In this document: piece by piece, positions 43,651-55,619 of the stretch
How positions within the stretch are numbered: position 1 is the first letter of the stretch
Layout: the number at the start of each line of letters is the position of its first letter
Origin: Eledone cirrhosa
Lineage: Eukaryota
NCBI GenBank assembly: GCA_964016885.1
Contig: OZ024740.1
Coordinates: forward strand, 7,378,001-7,442,000
Direction of reading: 5' to 3'
DNA length: 64,000 nucleotides
Translations under genes and position numbers: made by a program
Notes under the pieces: generated by a model
The model's input: only the letters and a program-made list of their open reading frames with translations
What the model was told of the DNA's origin: nothing
The model's database searches: none

Positions 43651-45789
43651 ATCACTTTCGATTGGTATATCAGTTTCGATTAATATGTCAGTTTCTATTG
43701 GTATGTCAGTTTCGATTGGTATGTCAGTTTAGATTGGTATATCAGTTTCTATTGGTATGAGAGTTTCGATTGGTATATCAGTTTCGATTGGTATGTCAGT
43801 TTCTATTGGTATATCAGTTTCGATTGGTATATCTGTTTCGATTGCTATGTCAGTTTCGATTGGTATGTCAGTTTAGATTGGTATATCAGTTTCTATTGGT
43901 ATGACAGTTTCGAAGGGGTATATCAGATTCGTTTGGTATGTCAGTTTCGATTGGTATGTCATTTTCGTTTAGCATGTCAGTTTATATTGGTATATCAGTT
44001 TCTATTGGTATGACAGTTTCGATTGGTATATCAGTTTGGATTGGTATGTCAGCTTGGATCGGTATGTCAGTTTGGATTGGTATGTCAGTTTCGATTGTTA
44101 TGTCAATTTCGATTGGTATATCAGTTTTGATTAGTATGTCAGTTTCTATTGGTATGTCAGTTTCGATTGGTATGTCAGATTCTATTGGTATATCAGTTTC
44201 GATTGGTATATCAGTTTCGATTGGTATATCAGTTTCGATTGGTATATCAGTTTCTATTGGTATATCAGTTTCTATTGGTATGTCAGTTTTGATTGGGTTA
44301 TCAGTTTCTATTGGTATGTCAGTTTCGATTAGTATGTCAATTTCTATTGGTATATCAGTTTCGATTGGTATGTCAGTTTCTATTGGTATGTCAGTTTTGA
44401 TTTTTATATCAGTTACAATTGGTATATCAGTTTCTATTGGTATATGTGTTTCGATTTGTATGTCAGTTTTGATTAGTATATCAGTTTCTATTGGACTGTC
44501 AGTTTCTATTGATATATCAGTTTCGTTTGGTATATCAGTTTCTATTGTTATGTCAGTTTCGATTGGTATGTCAGTTTCTACTGGTATATCAGTTTCGATT
44601 GATATATCAGTTTTGATAGGTATAGCAGTTTCTATTCGTATGTCAGTTTCGATTGGTATGTCAGTTTCTATTGGAATATCAGTTTTGATTGTTATATCAG
44701 TTTCGATTGGTATATCAGTTTCGATTGGTATGTCAGTTTCTATTGGTATATCAGTTTCTATTGGTATGTCAGTTTCGATTGGTATGTCAGTTTCGATTGG
44801 TATGTCAATTTCCATTGGTATATCAGTTTCGATTAGTATGTCAGTTACTAATGTTATATAAGTTTCGATTGGTATATCTGTTTCGATTGGTATGTCAGTT
44901 TCTATTGTTATATCAGTTTCGATTAGTATGTCAGTTTCGATTGGTATATCAGTTTCTATTGGTATATCAGTTTCTATTGGTATGTCAGTTTTGATTGGTA
45001 TATCAGTATCTATTGGTATGTCAGTTTCGATTGGTATGTCAGTTTCTATTGGTATATCAGTTTCGATTGGTATGTTAGTTTCTATTGGTATGTCAGTTTC
45101 GATTACTATATCAGTTTCTATTGGTATATCAGTTTCTATTGTTATGTCAATTTCGAATGGTATATTAGTTTCGATTAGTATGTCAGTTTATATTGGTATA
45201 TCAGTTTCGATTGGTATATCTGTTTCGATTGCTATGTCAGTTTCCATTGGTATGTCAGTTTATATTGGTACATCAGTTTCTATTGGTATGACAGTTTCGA
45301 TTGGTATATCAGTTTTGTTTGGTATATCAGTTTCTATTGTTATGTCAGTTTCGATTGGTATGTCAGTTTCTATTGGTATATCAGTTTCGATTGATATATC
45401 AGTTTCGATTAGTATGTCAGTTTCTAATGGTATGTTAGTTTTGATTAGTATATCAGTTTCTATTGGTATGTCAGTTTCGATTGGTATGTCAGTTGCGATT
45501 GGTACGTCAGTTTGGATTGGTATGTCAATTTCAATTGGTAAATCAGTTTTGATTAGTATGTCAGTTTCTATTGGTATATCAGTTTCGATTGGTATATCAG
45601 TTTCGATTAGTATGTCAGTTTCTATTGGTATGTCAGTTTCGATTGGTATGTCAGTTTAGATTGGTATATCAGTTTCTATTGGTATGACACTTTCAATTGG
45701 TATATCAGTTTCGATTGGTATGTCTGTTTGGATTGGCATGTCAGTTTCGATTGATATGTCAGTTTCGATTGGTATATCAGTTTCTATTG

Positions 45790-48700
45790 GTATATCAGTT
45801 TAGATTGATATATCAGTTTTGATTAGTATGTCAGTTTCTATTGGTATATCAGTTTCGATTGTTATATCAGTTTCGATTGGTATATCAGTTTCGATTGGTA
45901 TGTCAGTTTCTATTGGTATATCAGTTTCTATTGGTATGTCAGTTTCGATTGGTATGTCAGTTTCGATTGGTATGTCAATTTCGATTGGTATATCAGTTTT
46001 GATTAGTATGTCAGTTACTATTGGTATATCAGTTTCGATTGGTACATCTGTTTCGATTGGTATGTCAGTTTCTATTGTTATATCAGTTTCGATTAGTATG
46101 TCAGTTTCGATTAGTATATCACTTTCTATTGGTATGTCAGTTTCGATTGGTATATCAGTTTCTATTGGTATATCAGTTTCTATTGGTATGTCAGTTTTGA
46201 TTGGTATATCAGTTTCTATTGGTATGTCAGTTTCGATTGGTATGTCAGTTTCTATTGGTATATCAGTTTCGATTGGTATGTTAGTTTCTATTGGTATGTC
46301 AGTTTCGATTAGTATATCAGTTTCTATTGGTTTGTTAGTTTTGATTCGTATATCAGTTTCTATTGGTATATCAGTTTCTATTGTTATGTCAATTTCGAAT
46401 GGTATATTAGTTTCGATTAGTATGTCAGTTTATATTGGTATATCAGTTTCGATTGGTATATCTGTTTCGATTGCTATGTCAGTTTCCATTGGTATGTCAG
46501 TTTATATTGGTACATCAGTTTCTATTGGTATGACAGTTTCGATTGGTATATCAGTTTGGATTGGTATGTCAGCTTGGATTGGAATGTCAGTTTCGATTGT
46601 TATGTCAATTTCGATTAGTATATCAGTTTTGATTAGTATGTCAGTTTCTATTGGTATGTCAGTTTTGATTGGTATGTCAGATTCTATTGGTATATCAGTT
46701 TCGATTGGTATATCAGTTTCGATTGGTATATCAGTTTTGTTTGGTATATCAGTTTCTATTGTTATGTCAGTTTCGATTGGTATGTCAGTTTCTATTGGTA
46801 TATCAGTTTCGATTGATATATCAGTTTCGATTAGTATGTCAGTTTCTAATGGTATTTCAGTTTTGATTAGTATATCAGTTTCTATTGGTATGTCAGTTTC
46901 GATTGGTATGTCAGTTGCGATTAGTACGTCAGTTTGGATTGGTATGTCAATTTCAATTGGTAAATCAGTTTCGATTAGTATGTCAGTTTCTATTGGTATA
47001 TCAGTTTCGATTGGTATGTCAGTTTAGATTGGTATATCAGTTTCTATTGGTATGACAGTTTAGATTGATATATCAGTTTTGATTAGTATGTCAGTTTCGA
47101 TTGATATGTCAGTTTCGATTGGTATATCAGTTTCTATTGGTATATCAGTTTAGATTGATATATCAGTTTTGATTAGTATGTCAGTTTCTATTGGTATATC
47201 AGTTTCGATTGTTATATCAGTTTCGATTGGTATATCAGTTTCGATTGGTATGTCAGTTTCTATTGGTATATCAGTTTCTATTGGTATGTCAGTTTCGATT
47301 GGTATGTCAGTTTCGATTGGTATGTCAATTTCGATTGGTATATCAGTTTCGATTAGTATGTCAGTTACTATTGGTATATCAGTTTCGATTGGTACATCTG
47401 TTTCGATTGGTATGTCAGTTTCTATTGTTATATCAGTTTCGATTAGTATGTCAGTTTCGATTAGTATATCACTTTCTATTGGTATGTCAGTTTCGATTGG
47501 TATATCAGTTTCTATTGGTATGTCAGTTTTGATTGGTATATCAGTTTCTATTGGTATGTCAGTTTCGATTGGTATGTCAGTTTCTATTGGTATATCAGTT
47601 TCGATTGGTATGTTTGTTTCTATTGGTATGTCAGTTTCGATTAGTATATCAGTTTCTATTGGTTTGTTAGTTTCGATTCGTATATCAGTTTCTATTGGTA
47701 TATCAGTTTCTATTGTTATGTCAATTTAGAATGGTATATTAGTTTCGATTAGTATGTCAGTTTCTATTGGTATATCAGTTTCGATTGGTATATCTGTTTC
47801 GATTGTATGTCAGTTTCCATTGGTATGTCAGTTTATATTGGTACATCAGTTTCTATTGGTATGACAGTTTCGATTGGTATATCAGTTTGGATTGGTATGT
47901 CAGCTAGGATTGGTATGTCAGTTTCGATTGTTATGTCAATTTCGATTAGTATATCAGTTTTGATTAGTATGTCAGTTTCTATTGGTATGTCAGTTTTGAT
48001 TGGTATGTCAGATTCTATTGGTATATCAGTTTCGATTGGTATATCAGTTTCGATTGGTATATCAGTTTTGTTTGGTATATCAGTTTCTATTGTTATGTCA
48101 GTTTCGATTGGTATGTCAGTTTCTATTGGTATATCAGTTTCGATTGATATATCAGTTTCGATTAGTATGTCAGTTTCTAATGGTATGTCAGTTTCGATTG
48201 GTATGTCAGTTGCGATTGGTACGTCAGTTTGGATTGGTATGTCAATTTCAATTAGTAAATCAGTTTTGATTAGTATGTCAGTTTCTATTGGTATATCAGT
48301 TTCGATTGGTATATCAGTTTCGATTAGTATGTCAGTTTCTATTGGTATGTCAGTTTCGATTGGTATGTCAGTTTAGATTGGTATATCAGTTTCTATTGGT
48401 ATGACAGTTTCAATTGGTATATCAGTTTCGATTGGTATGTCAGTTTGGATTGGCATGTCAGTTTCGATTGATATGTCAGTTTCGATTGGTATATCAGTTT
48501 CTATTGGTATATCAGTTTAGATTGATATATCAGTTTTGATTAGTATGTCAGTTTCTATTGGTATATCAGTTTCGATTGTTATATCAGTTTCGATTGGTAT
48601 ATCAGTTTCGATTGGTATGTCAGTTTCTATTGGTATATCAGTTTCTATTGGTATGTCAGTTTCGATTGGTATGTCAGTTTCGATTGGTATGTCAATTTCG

Positions 48701-49050
48701 ATTGGTATATCAGTTTCGATTAGTATGTCAGTTACTATTGGTATATCAGTTTCGATTGGTACATCTGTTTCGATTGGTATGTCAGTTTCTATTGTTATAT
48801 CAGTTTCGATTAGTATGTCAGTTTCGATTAGTATATCACTTTCTATTGGTATATCAGTTTCGATTGGTATGTTAGTTTCTATTGGTATGTCAGTTTCGAT
48901 TAGTATATCAGTTTCTATTGGTTTGTTAGTTTCGATTCGTATATCAGTTTCTATTGGTATATCAGTTTCTATTGTTATGTCAATTTAGAATGGTATATTA
49001 GTTTCGATTAGTATGTCAGTTTCTATTGGTATATCAGTTTCGATTGTTAT
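45790..49050. repeat. Three related higher-order copies, period about 1350-1370 bp
   Basis: Near-identical ORF starts at 45819, 47169 and 48536, each preceded by the marker GTTTAGATTGATATATCAGTTTTG. Boundaries approximate. Confidence 0.8.
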
Positions 49051-51192
49051 ATCTGTTTCGATTGCTATATCAGTTTCGATTGGTATGTCAGTTTGGATTG
49101 GTATATCAGTTTGGATTGGTATGTCAGCTTGGATTGGTATGTCAGTTTGGATTGGTATGTCAGTTTCGATTGTTATGTCAATTTCGATTGGTATATCAGT
49201 TTTGATTAGTATGTCAGTTTCTATTGGTATGTCAGTTTTGATTGGTATGTCAGATTCTATTGGTATATCAGTTTCGATTGGTATATCAGTTTCGATTGGT
49301 ATATCAGTTTCGATTGGTATATCAGTTTCTATTGGTATATCAGTTTCTATTGGTATGTCAGTTTCAATCGGTATGTCAGTTTCGATTGGTATATCAGTTT
49401 CTATTGGTATGTCAGTTTATATTGGTATGTCAGTTTCGATTAGTATGTTAGTTTCTATTGGTATATCAGTTTCGATTGGTATATCAGTTTCTATTAATAT
49501 ATCAGTTTCTATTGGTATATCAGTTTCGACTGGTATGTCAGTTGCCATTGGTATATCAGTTACTATTGATATGCCAGTTTCGATAGGTATGTCAGTTTCG
49601 ATTGGTATGTCAGTTTCTTTTGGTATGTCAGTTTCGATTATTATATCAGTTACTATTGGTATGTCAGTTTGGATTGGTATGTCAGTTTGGATTGGTATGT
49701 CAGTTTGGATTGGTATGTCAGTTTCGATTGTTATATCAGTTTTGATTAGTATGTCAGTTTCTTTTGGTATATCAGTTTCGATCGGTATATCAGTTTCGAT
49801 TGTTATGTCAATTTCGATTGGTATATCAGTTTTGATTAGTATGTCAGTTTCTATTGGTATGTCAGTTTTGATTGGTATGTCAGATTCTATTGGTATATCA
49901 GTTTCGATTGGGATATCAGTTTCGATTGGTATATCAGTTTTGATTAGTATGTCAGTTTCTATTGGTATGTCAGCTTTGATTGGTATGTCAGATTCTATTG
50001 GTATATCAGTTTCGATTGGTATATCAGTTTCGATTGGTATATCAGTTTCGATTGGTATATCAGTTTCTATTGGTATATCAGTTTCTATTGGTATGTCAGT
50101 TTTGATTGGATTATCAGTTTCTATTGGTATGTCAGTTTCAATTAGTATGTCAATTTCTATTGGTATATCAGTTTCGATTGGTATATCAGTTTCTATTGGT
50201 ATGTCAGTTTTGATTTTTATATCAGTTACAATTGGTATGTCAGTTTCGATTGGTATGTCAGTTTCTATTGGTATATGTGTTTCAAATGATATGTCAGTTT
50301 CGATTAGTATATCAGTTTCTATTGGACTGTCAGTTTCTATTGATATATCAGTTTCGTTTGGTATATCAGTTTCTATTGTTATGTCAGTTTCGATTGGTAT
50401 GTCATTTTCTATTGGTATATCAGTTTCGATTGATATATCAGTTTCGATTTGTATGTCAGTTTCTAATGGTATGTCAGTTTTGATTAGTATATCAGTTTCT
50501 ATTGGTATGTCAATTTCAATTGGTATATCAGTTTCGATTAGTATGTCAGTTTCTATTGGTATATCAGTTTCAATTGGTATATCTGTTTCGATTGGTATGT
50601 CAGTTTCGATTGGTATATCAGTTTCGATTGGTATGTCAGTTTCGATTAGTATATCAGTTACTATTGGTATGTGAGTTTCTATTGGTATATCAGTTTCGAT
50701 TGGTATATCAGTTTCGATTAGTATGTCAGTTTCTATTGGTATGTCAGTTTCGATTGGTATGTCAGTTTAGATTGGTATATCAGTTTCTATTGGTATGACA
50801 GTTTCGATTGGTATATCAGTTTCGATTGGTATGTCAGTTTCTATTGGTATATCAGTTTCGATTGGTATATCTGTTTCGATTGCTATGTCAGTTTCGATTG
50901 GTATGTCAGTTTAGATTGGTATATCAGTTTCTATTGGTATGACAGTTTCGAAGGGGTATATCAGATTCGTTTGGTATGTTAGTTTCGATCGGTATGTCAG
51001 TTTCGATTGGTATGTCATTTTCGTTTAGCATGTCAGTTTCTATTGGTATATCAGTTTCTATTGGTATGTCAGTTTCGATAGGTATGTCCGTTTCTATTGG
51101 TATAACAGTTTCGATTGGTATGTCAGTTTCGATTGGTATGTCAGTTTATATTGGTATATCAGTTTCTATTGGTATGACAGTTTCGATTGGTA

Positions 51193-51526
51193 ATACAGGG
51201 TACCCGACCTCCCATGGGTACATGCTGAAGCATATAAACAATATGCCCCCCCCCACCGCAAGGTGGTCGTGGAGGTGCCACGGCAAAAAAGCACCCAGCC
51301 CACACTGTAAAGTGGACGTGTAGGCGCCACGAAAAAGCACCCAGCACTCACTGTAAATGAGGTTGGTGTTAGGAAGGGCATCCAGCTGTAGAAATCAAGC
51401 CAGATCAGTTCCTGTATGAGCAAGGCATGGTCAGCCGACCAGACACTGCCCACAACAGGACAACCCGTCTAACCCATGCTAGCGTGTAAGAACGGACGTA
51501 AAACGGTGATGATGATGATGATGATG
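51193..51526 (+). mobile_element. Retroposed insertion (334 bp): longer 3' UTR fragment of the same RTE-type family, with (GAT)n tail
   Basis: More GC-rich non-satellite segment homologous to 43480-43648. Contains an internal tandem repeat of about 47 bp and ends GGACGTAAAACGG-TGATGATGATGATGATGATG. No clear TSD. Confidence 0.85.
51507..51526 (+). repeat. (TGA/GAT)n 3' tail of insertion 2
   Basis: TGATGATGATGATGATGATG seen directly at the 3' junction. Confidence 0.95.
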
Positions 51527-54500
51527 TTAGTTTCGATTAGTATATCAGTATCTATTAATATGTCAGTTTCGATTGTTATATCAGTTTCGACTGGTATGTC
51601 AGTTTCGATTAGTATATCAGTCTCTCTTGGTATGTCAGTTTCTATTGGTATATCAGTTTCGATTGGTGTATCAGTTTCGATTAGTATGTCAGTTTCTATT
51701 AGTATGTTAGTTTCGATTAGTATATCAGTATCTATTAGTATGTCAGTTTCGATTGGTATGACAGTTTCGATTGGTATATCAGTTTCGATTGGTATATCAG
51801 TTTCGATTAGTATGTCAGTTTCTATTGGTATACCAGTTTTGATTGATATATCAGTTTCGATTAGTATGTCAGTTTCTAATGGTATGTCAGTTTTGATTAG
51901 TATATCAGTTTCTATTGGTATGTCAGTTTTGATTGGTATGTCAGTTGCGATTGGTACGTCAGTTTGGATTGGTATGTCAATTTCAATTGGTAAATCAGTT
52001 TTGATTAGTGTGTCAGTTTCTATTGGTATATCAGTTTTGATTGGTATATCTGTTTCGATTGGTATGTCAGTTTCGATTGGTATATCAGTTTCGATTGGTA
52101 TGTCAGTTTCGATTAGTATATCAGTTACTATTGGTATGTGAGTTTCTATTGGTATATCAGTTTCGATTAGTATGTCAGTTTCTATTGGTATGTCAGTTTC
52201 GATTGATATGTCAGTTTCGATTGGTATGTCAGTTTGGATTTGCATGTCAGTTTCGATTGATATGTCAGTTTCGATTGGTATGTCAGTTTCGATTGGTATG
52301 TCAATTTCGATTGGTATATCAGTTTCGATTGGTATATCAGTTTCGATTGATATGTCAGTTTCGATTGGTATATCAGTTTCGATTGGTATCTCAGTTTTGA
52401 TTAGTATATTAGTTTCTATTGGTATGTCGGTTTCTATTGGTATTTTAGTTTCGATTGGTATATCAGTTTCGATTAGTATGTCAGTTTCTATTGGTATGTC
52501 AGTTTTCATTGGTATGTCAGTTTCTATTGGTATATCAGTTTCGATTGGTATGTCAGTTTCGATTGGTATATCAGTTTCTATTGGTATATCAGTTTCTATT
52601 GGTATATCAGTTTCGATTGGTATATCAGTTTCGATTGGTATATCAGTTTCGATTGTTATATCAGTTTCGATTGGTATATCAGTTTCGATTGGTATATCAG
52701 TTTCTATTGGTATATCAGTTTCTATTGGTATGTCAGTTTCGATTGGTATGTCAGTTTCGATTGGTATATCAGTTTCGATTAGTATGTCAGTTACTATTGA
52801 TATATCAGTTTCGATTGGTATATCTGTTTCGATTGGTATGTCAGTTTCTATTGTTATATCAGTTTCGATTAGTATGTCAGTTTCGATTAGTATATCACTT
52901 TCTAATGGTATGTCAGTTTCGATTGGTATATCAGTTTCGATTGGTATGTCAGTTTCGATTGGTATGTCAGTTTCGCTTGGTATGTCAATTTCGATTAGCA
53001 TGTCAGTTTCTATTGGTATATCAGTTTGTATTGGTATGTCAGTTTCGATAGGTATGTCCGTTTCTATTGGTATAACAGTTTCGATTGGTATGTCAGTTTC
53101 GATTGGTATGTCAGTTTATATTGGTACATCAGTTTCTATTGGTATGACATTTTCGATTGGTATGTCAGTTTTGATTAGTATGTCAGTTTCGATTGGTATG
53201 TTAATTTCGATTGGTATATCAGTTTTGATTAGTATGTCAGTTTCTATTGGTATATCAGTTTCGATTGGTATATCAGTTTCGATTGGTATGTCAGTTTCGA
53301 TTGGTACATCAGTTTCGATTGGTATGTCAGTTTCGATTAGTATATCAGTTTCTATTGGTATGTCAGTTTCTAATGTTTTATCAGTTTCGATTGGTATATC
53401 AGTATCGATTAGTATGTCAGTTTCTATTGGTATGTCAGTTTCGATTAGTATATCAATTTCTATTGGTATGTCAGTTTCGATTGGTATGTCAGATTCTACT
53501 GTTATATCAGTTTCGATTGGTGTATCAGTTTCGATTGGTATATCAGTTTCGATTGGTATATCAGATCCTATTGGTATATCTGTTTCTATTGGTATGTCAG
53601 TTTTGATTGGTATATCAATTTCTATTGGTATGTCAGTTTCGATTTATATGTCAATCGAAAATTGGTATATCAGTTTCGATTGGTATGTCAGTTTCGATTG
53701 GTATGTCAGTTTCGATATTTATATCAGTTACTATTGGTATGTCAGTTTCAATTGGTTTGTCAGTTTCTATTGGTATATCAGTTTCGATTGTTATATCAGT
53801 TTCTATTGGTATGTGAGTTTCGATTGTTGTGTCAGTTTCTATTGGTATGTCAGTTTCGATTTTTATATCAGTTACTATTGGTATGTCAGTTTCGATTGGT
53901 ATGTCAGTTCCTATTGGTATATGTGTTTCGATTGGTATGTCAGTTTCGATTGGTATATCGGTTTCTATTGGTAAATCAGTTTCTATTGGTATGTCAGTTT
54001 TTATTGGTATATCAGTTTCGACTTGTATATCAGTTTTGATTGGTATATCAGTTTCTATTGGTATATCAGTTTCTATTGGTATGTCAGTTTTGATTGGTAT
54101 ATCAGTTTCTATTGGTATGTCAGTTTCGATTGGTATGTCAGTTTCCATTGGTATATCAGTTTCTATTGGTATGTCAGTTTCGATTGGTATATCAGTTTCG
54201 ATTTTTAAGTCAGTTTCGATTAGTATGCCAATTTCTATTAGTATGTCAGTTTCTATTGGTATATCAGTTTCGATTGCTTCTGTCAGTTTCGATTGGCATG
54301 TCAGTTTCGATTGGTACATCAATTTCGATTGGTATATTACTTTCGATTAGTATATCAGTTTCTATTGGTATATCAGTTTCTATTGCTATGTCAGTTTCGA
54401 TTGGTATGTCAGTTTCGATTGGTATGTCAGTTTCTATTGGTATATCATTTTCGATGGTATGTCAGTTTCTATTGGTATGTCAGTGTCGATTATTATATCA

Positions 54501-55619
54501 GTTACTATTGGTATGTCAGTTTCGATTGGTATGTCAGTTTCGATTGGTATATCAGTTTCTATTGGGTTGACAGGTTCTATTGGTATATCAGTTTCAATTG
54601 GTATCTCAGTTTCGATTGGTATGACAGTTTCGATTAGTATGTCAGTTTCTATTGGTATATCAGTTTCGATTGGTATATCAGTTTCTATTAGTATGTCAGT
54701 TTCGATTGGTATATCTGTTTCGATTGGTATGTCAGTTTCTATTGGTATATCAGCTTCGATGGGTAGATCAGTTTCGATTAGTATGTCAGTTTCTATTGGT
54801 ATGTCAGTTTCGATTATTATATCAGTTTCTATTGGTATATCAGTTTCGACTGGTCTGTCAGTTTCTTTTGGTATATCAGTTACTATTGGTATGCCACTTT
54901 CGATAGGTATGTCTGTTTCGATTGGTATGTCAGTTTCTATTGGTATATCAGTTTCGATTATTATATCAGTGACTATTGGTATGTCAGTTTGGATTGGTAT
55001 GTCAGTTTGGATTGGTATTTCAGTTTCGATTGGTATGTCATTTTCGATTGGTATATCAGTTTTGATTAGTATGTTAGTTTCTATTGGTATATCAGTTTCG
55101 ATTGGTATATCAGTTTCGATTGGTGTGTCAGTTTCGATTGGTATATCAGTTTGGATTGGTATGTCAGTTTCGATTAGTATATCAGTTTCTATTGGTATGT
55201 CCGTATCTATTGGTATATCAGTTTCGATTGGTATATCAGTTTCAATTATTATGTCAATTTCTATTGGTATGTCAGTTTCGATTAGTATATCAGTCTCTAT
55301 TGGTATGTCAGTTTCGATTGGTATATCAGATTCTATTGGTATATCAGTTTTGATTGGTATATCAGTTTTGATTGGTATATCAGTTTCTATTGGTATGTCA
55401 GTTTTGATTGGTATATCAGTTTTGATTGGTATGTCAATGTCAATTAGTATATCAGTTTCTATTGGTATTTTAGTTTCTATTGGTATATCAGTTTCGATAG
55501 GTATATCAGTTTCGTTTGGTATGTTAGTTTCGATTGGTATGTCAATTTCGATTGGTATATTAGTTTCGATTAGTATGTCAGTTTCTATTGCTATATCAGT
55601 TTCTATTGGTATATCCGTT

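Noticed and set aside
51222-51250. Hammerhead ribozyme near CTGAAG
   Set aside because: The CUGANGA core is not matched (CUGAAGC) and there is no correctly placed GAAA.
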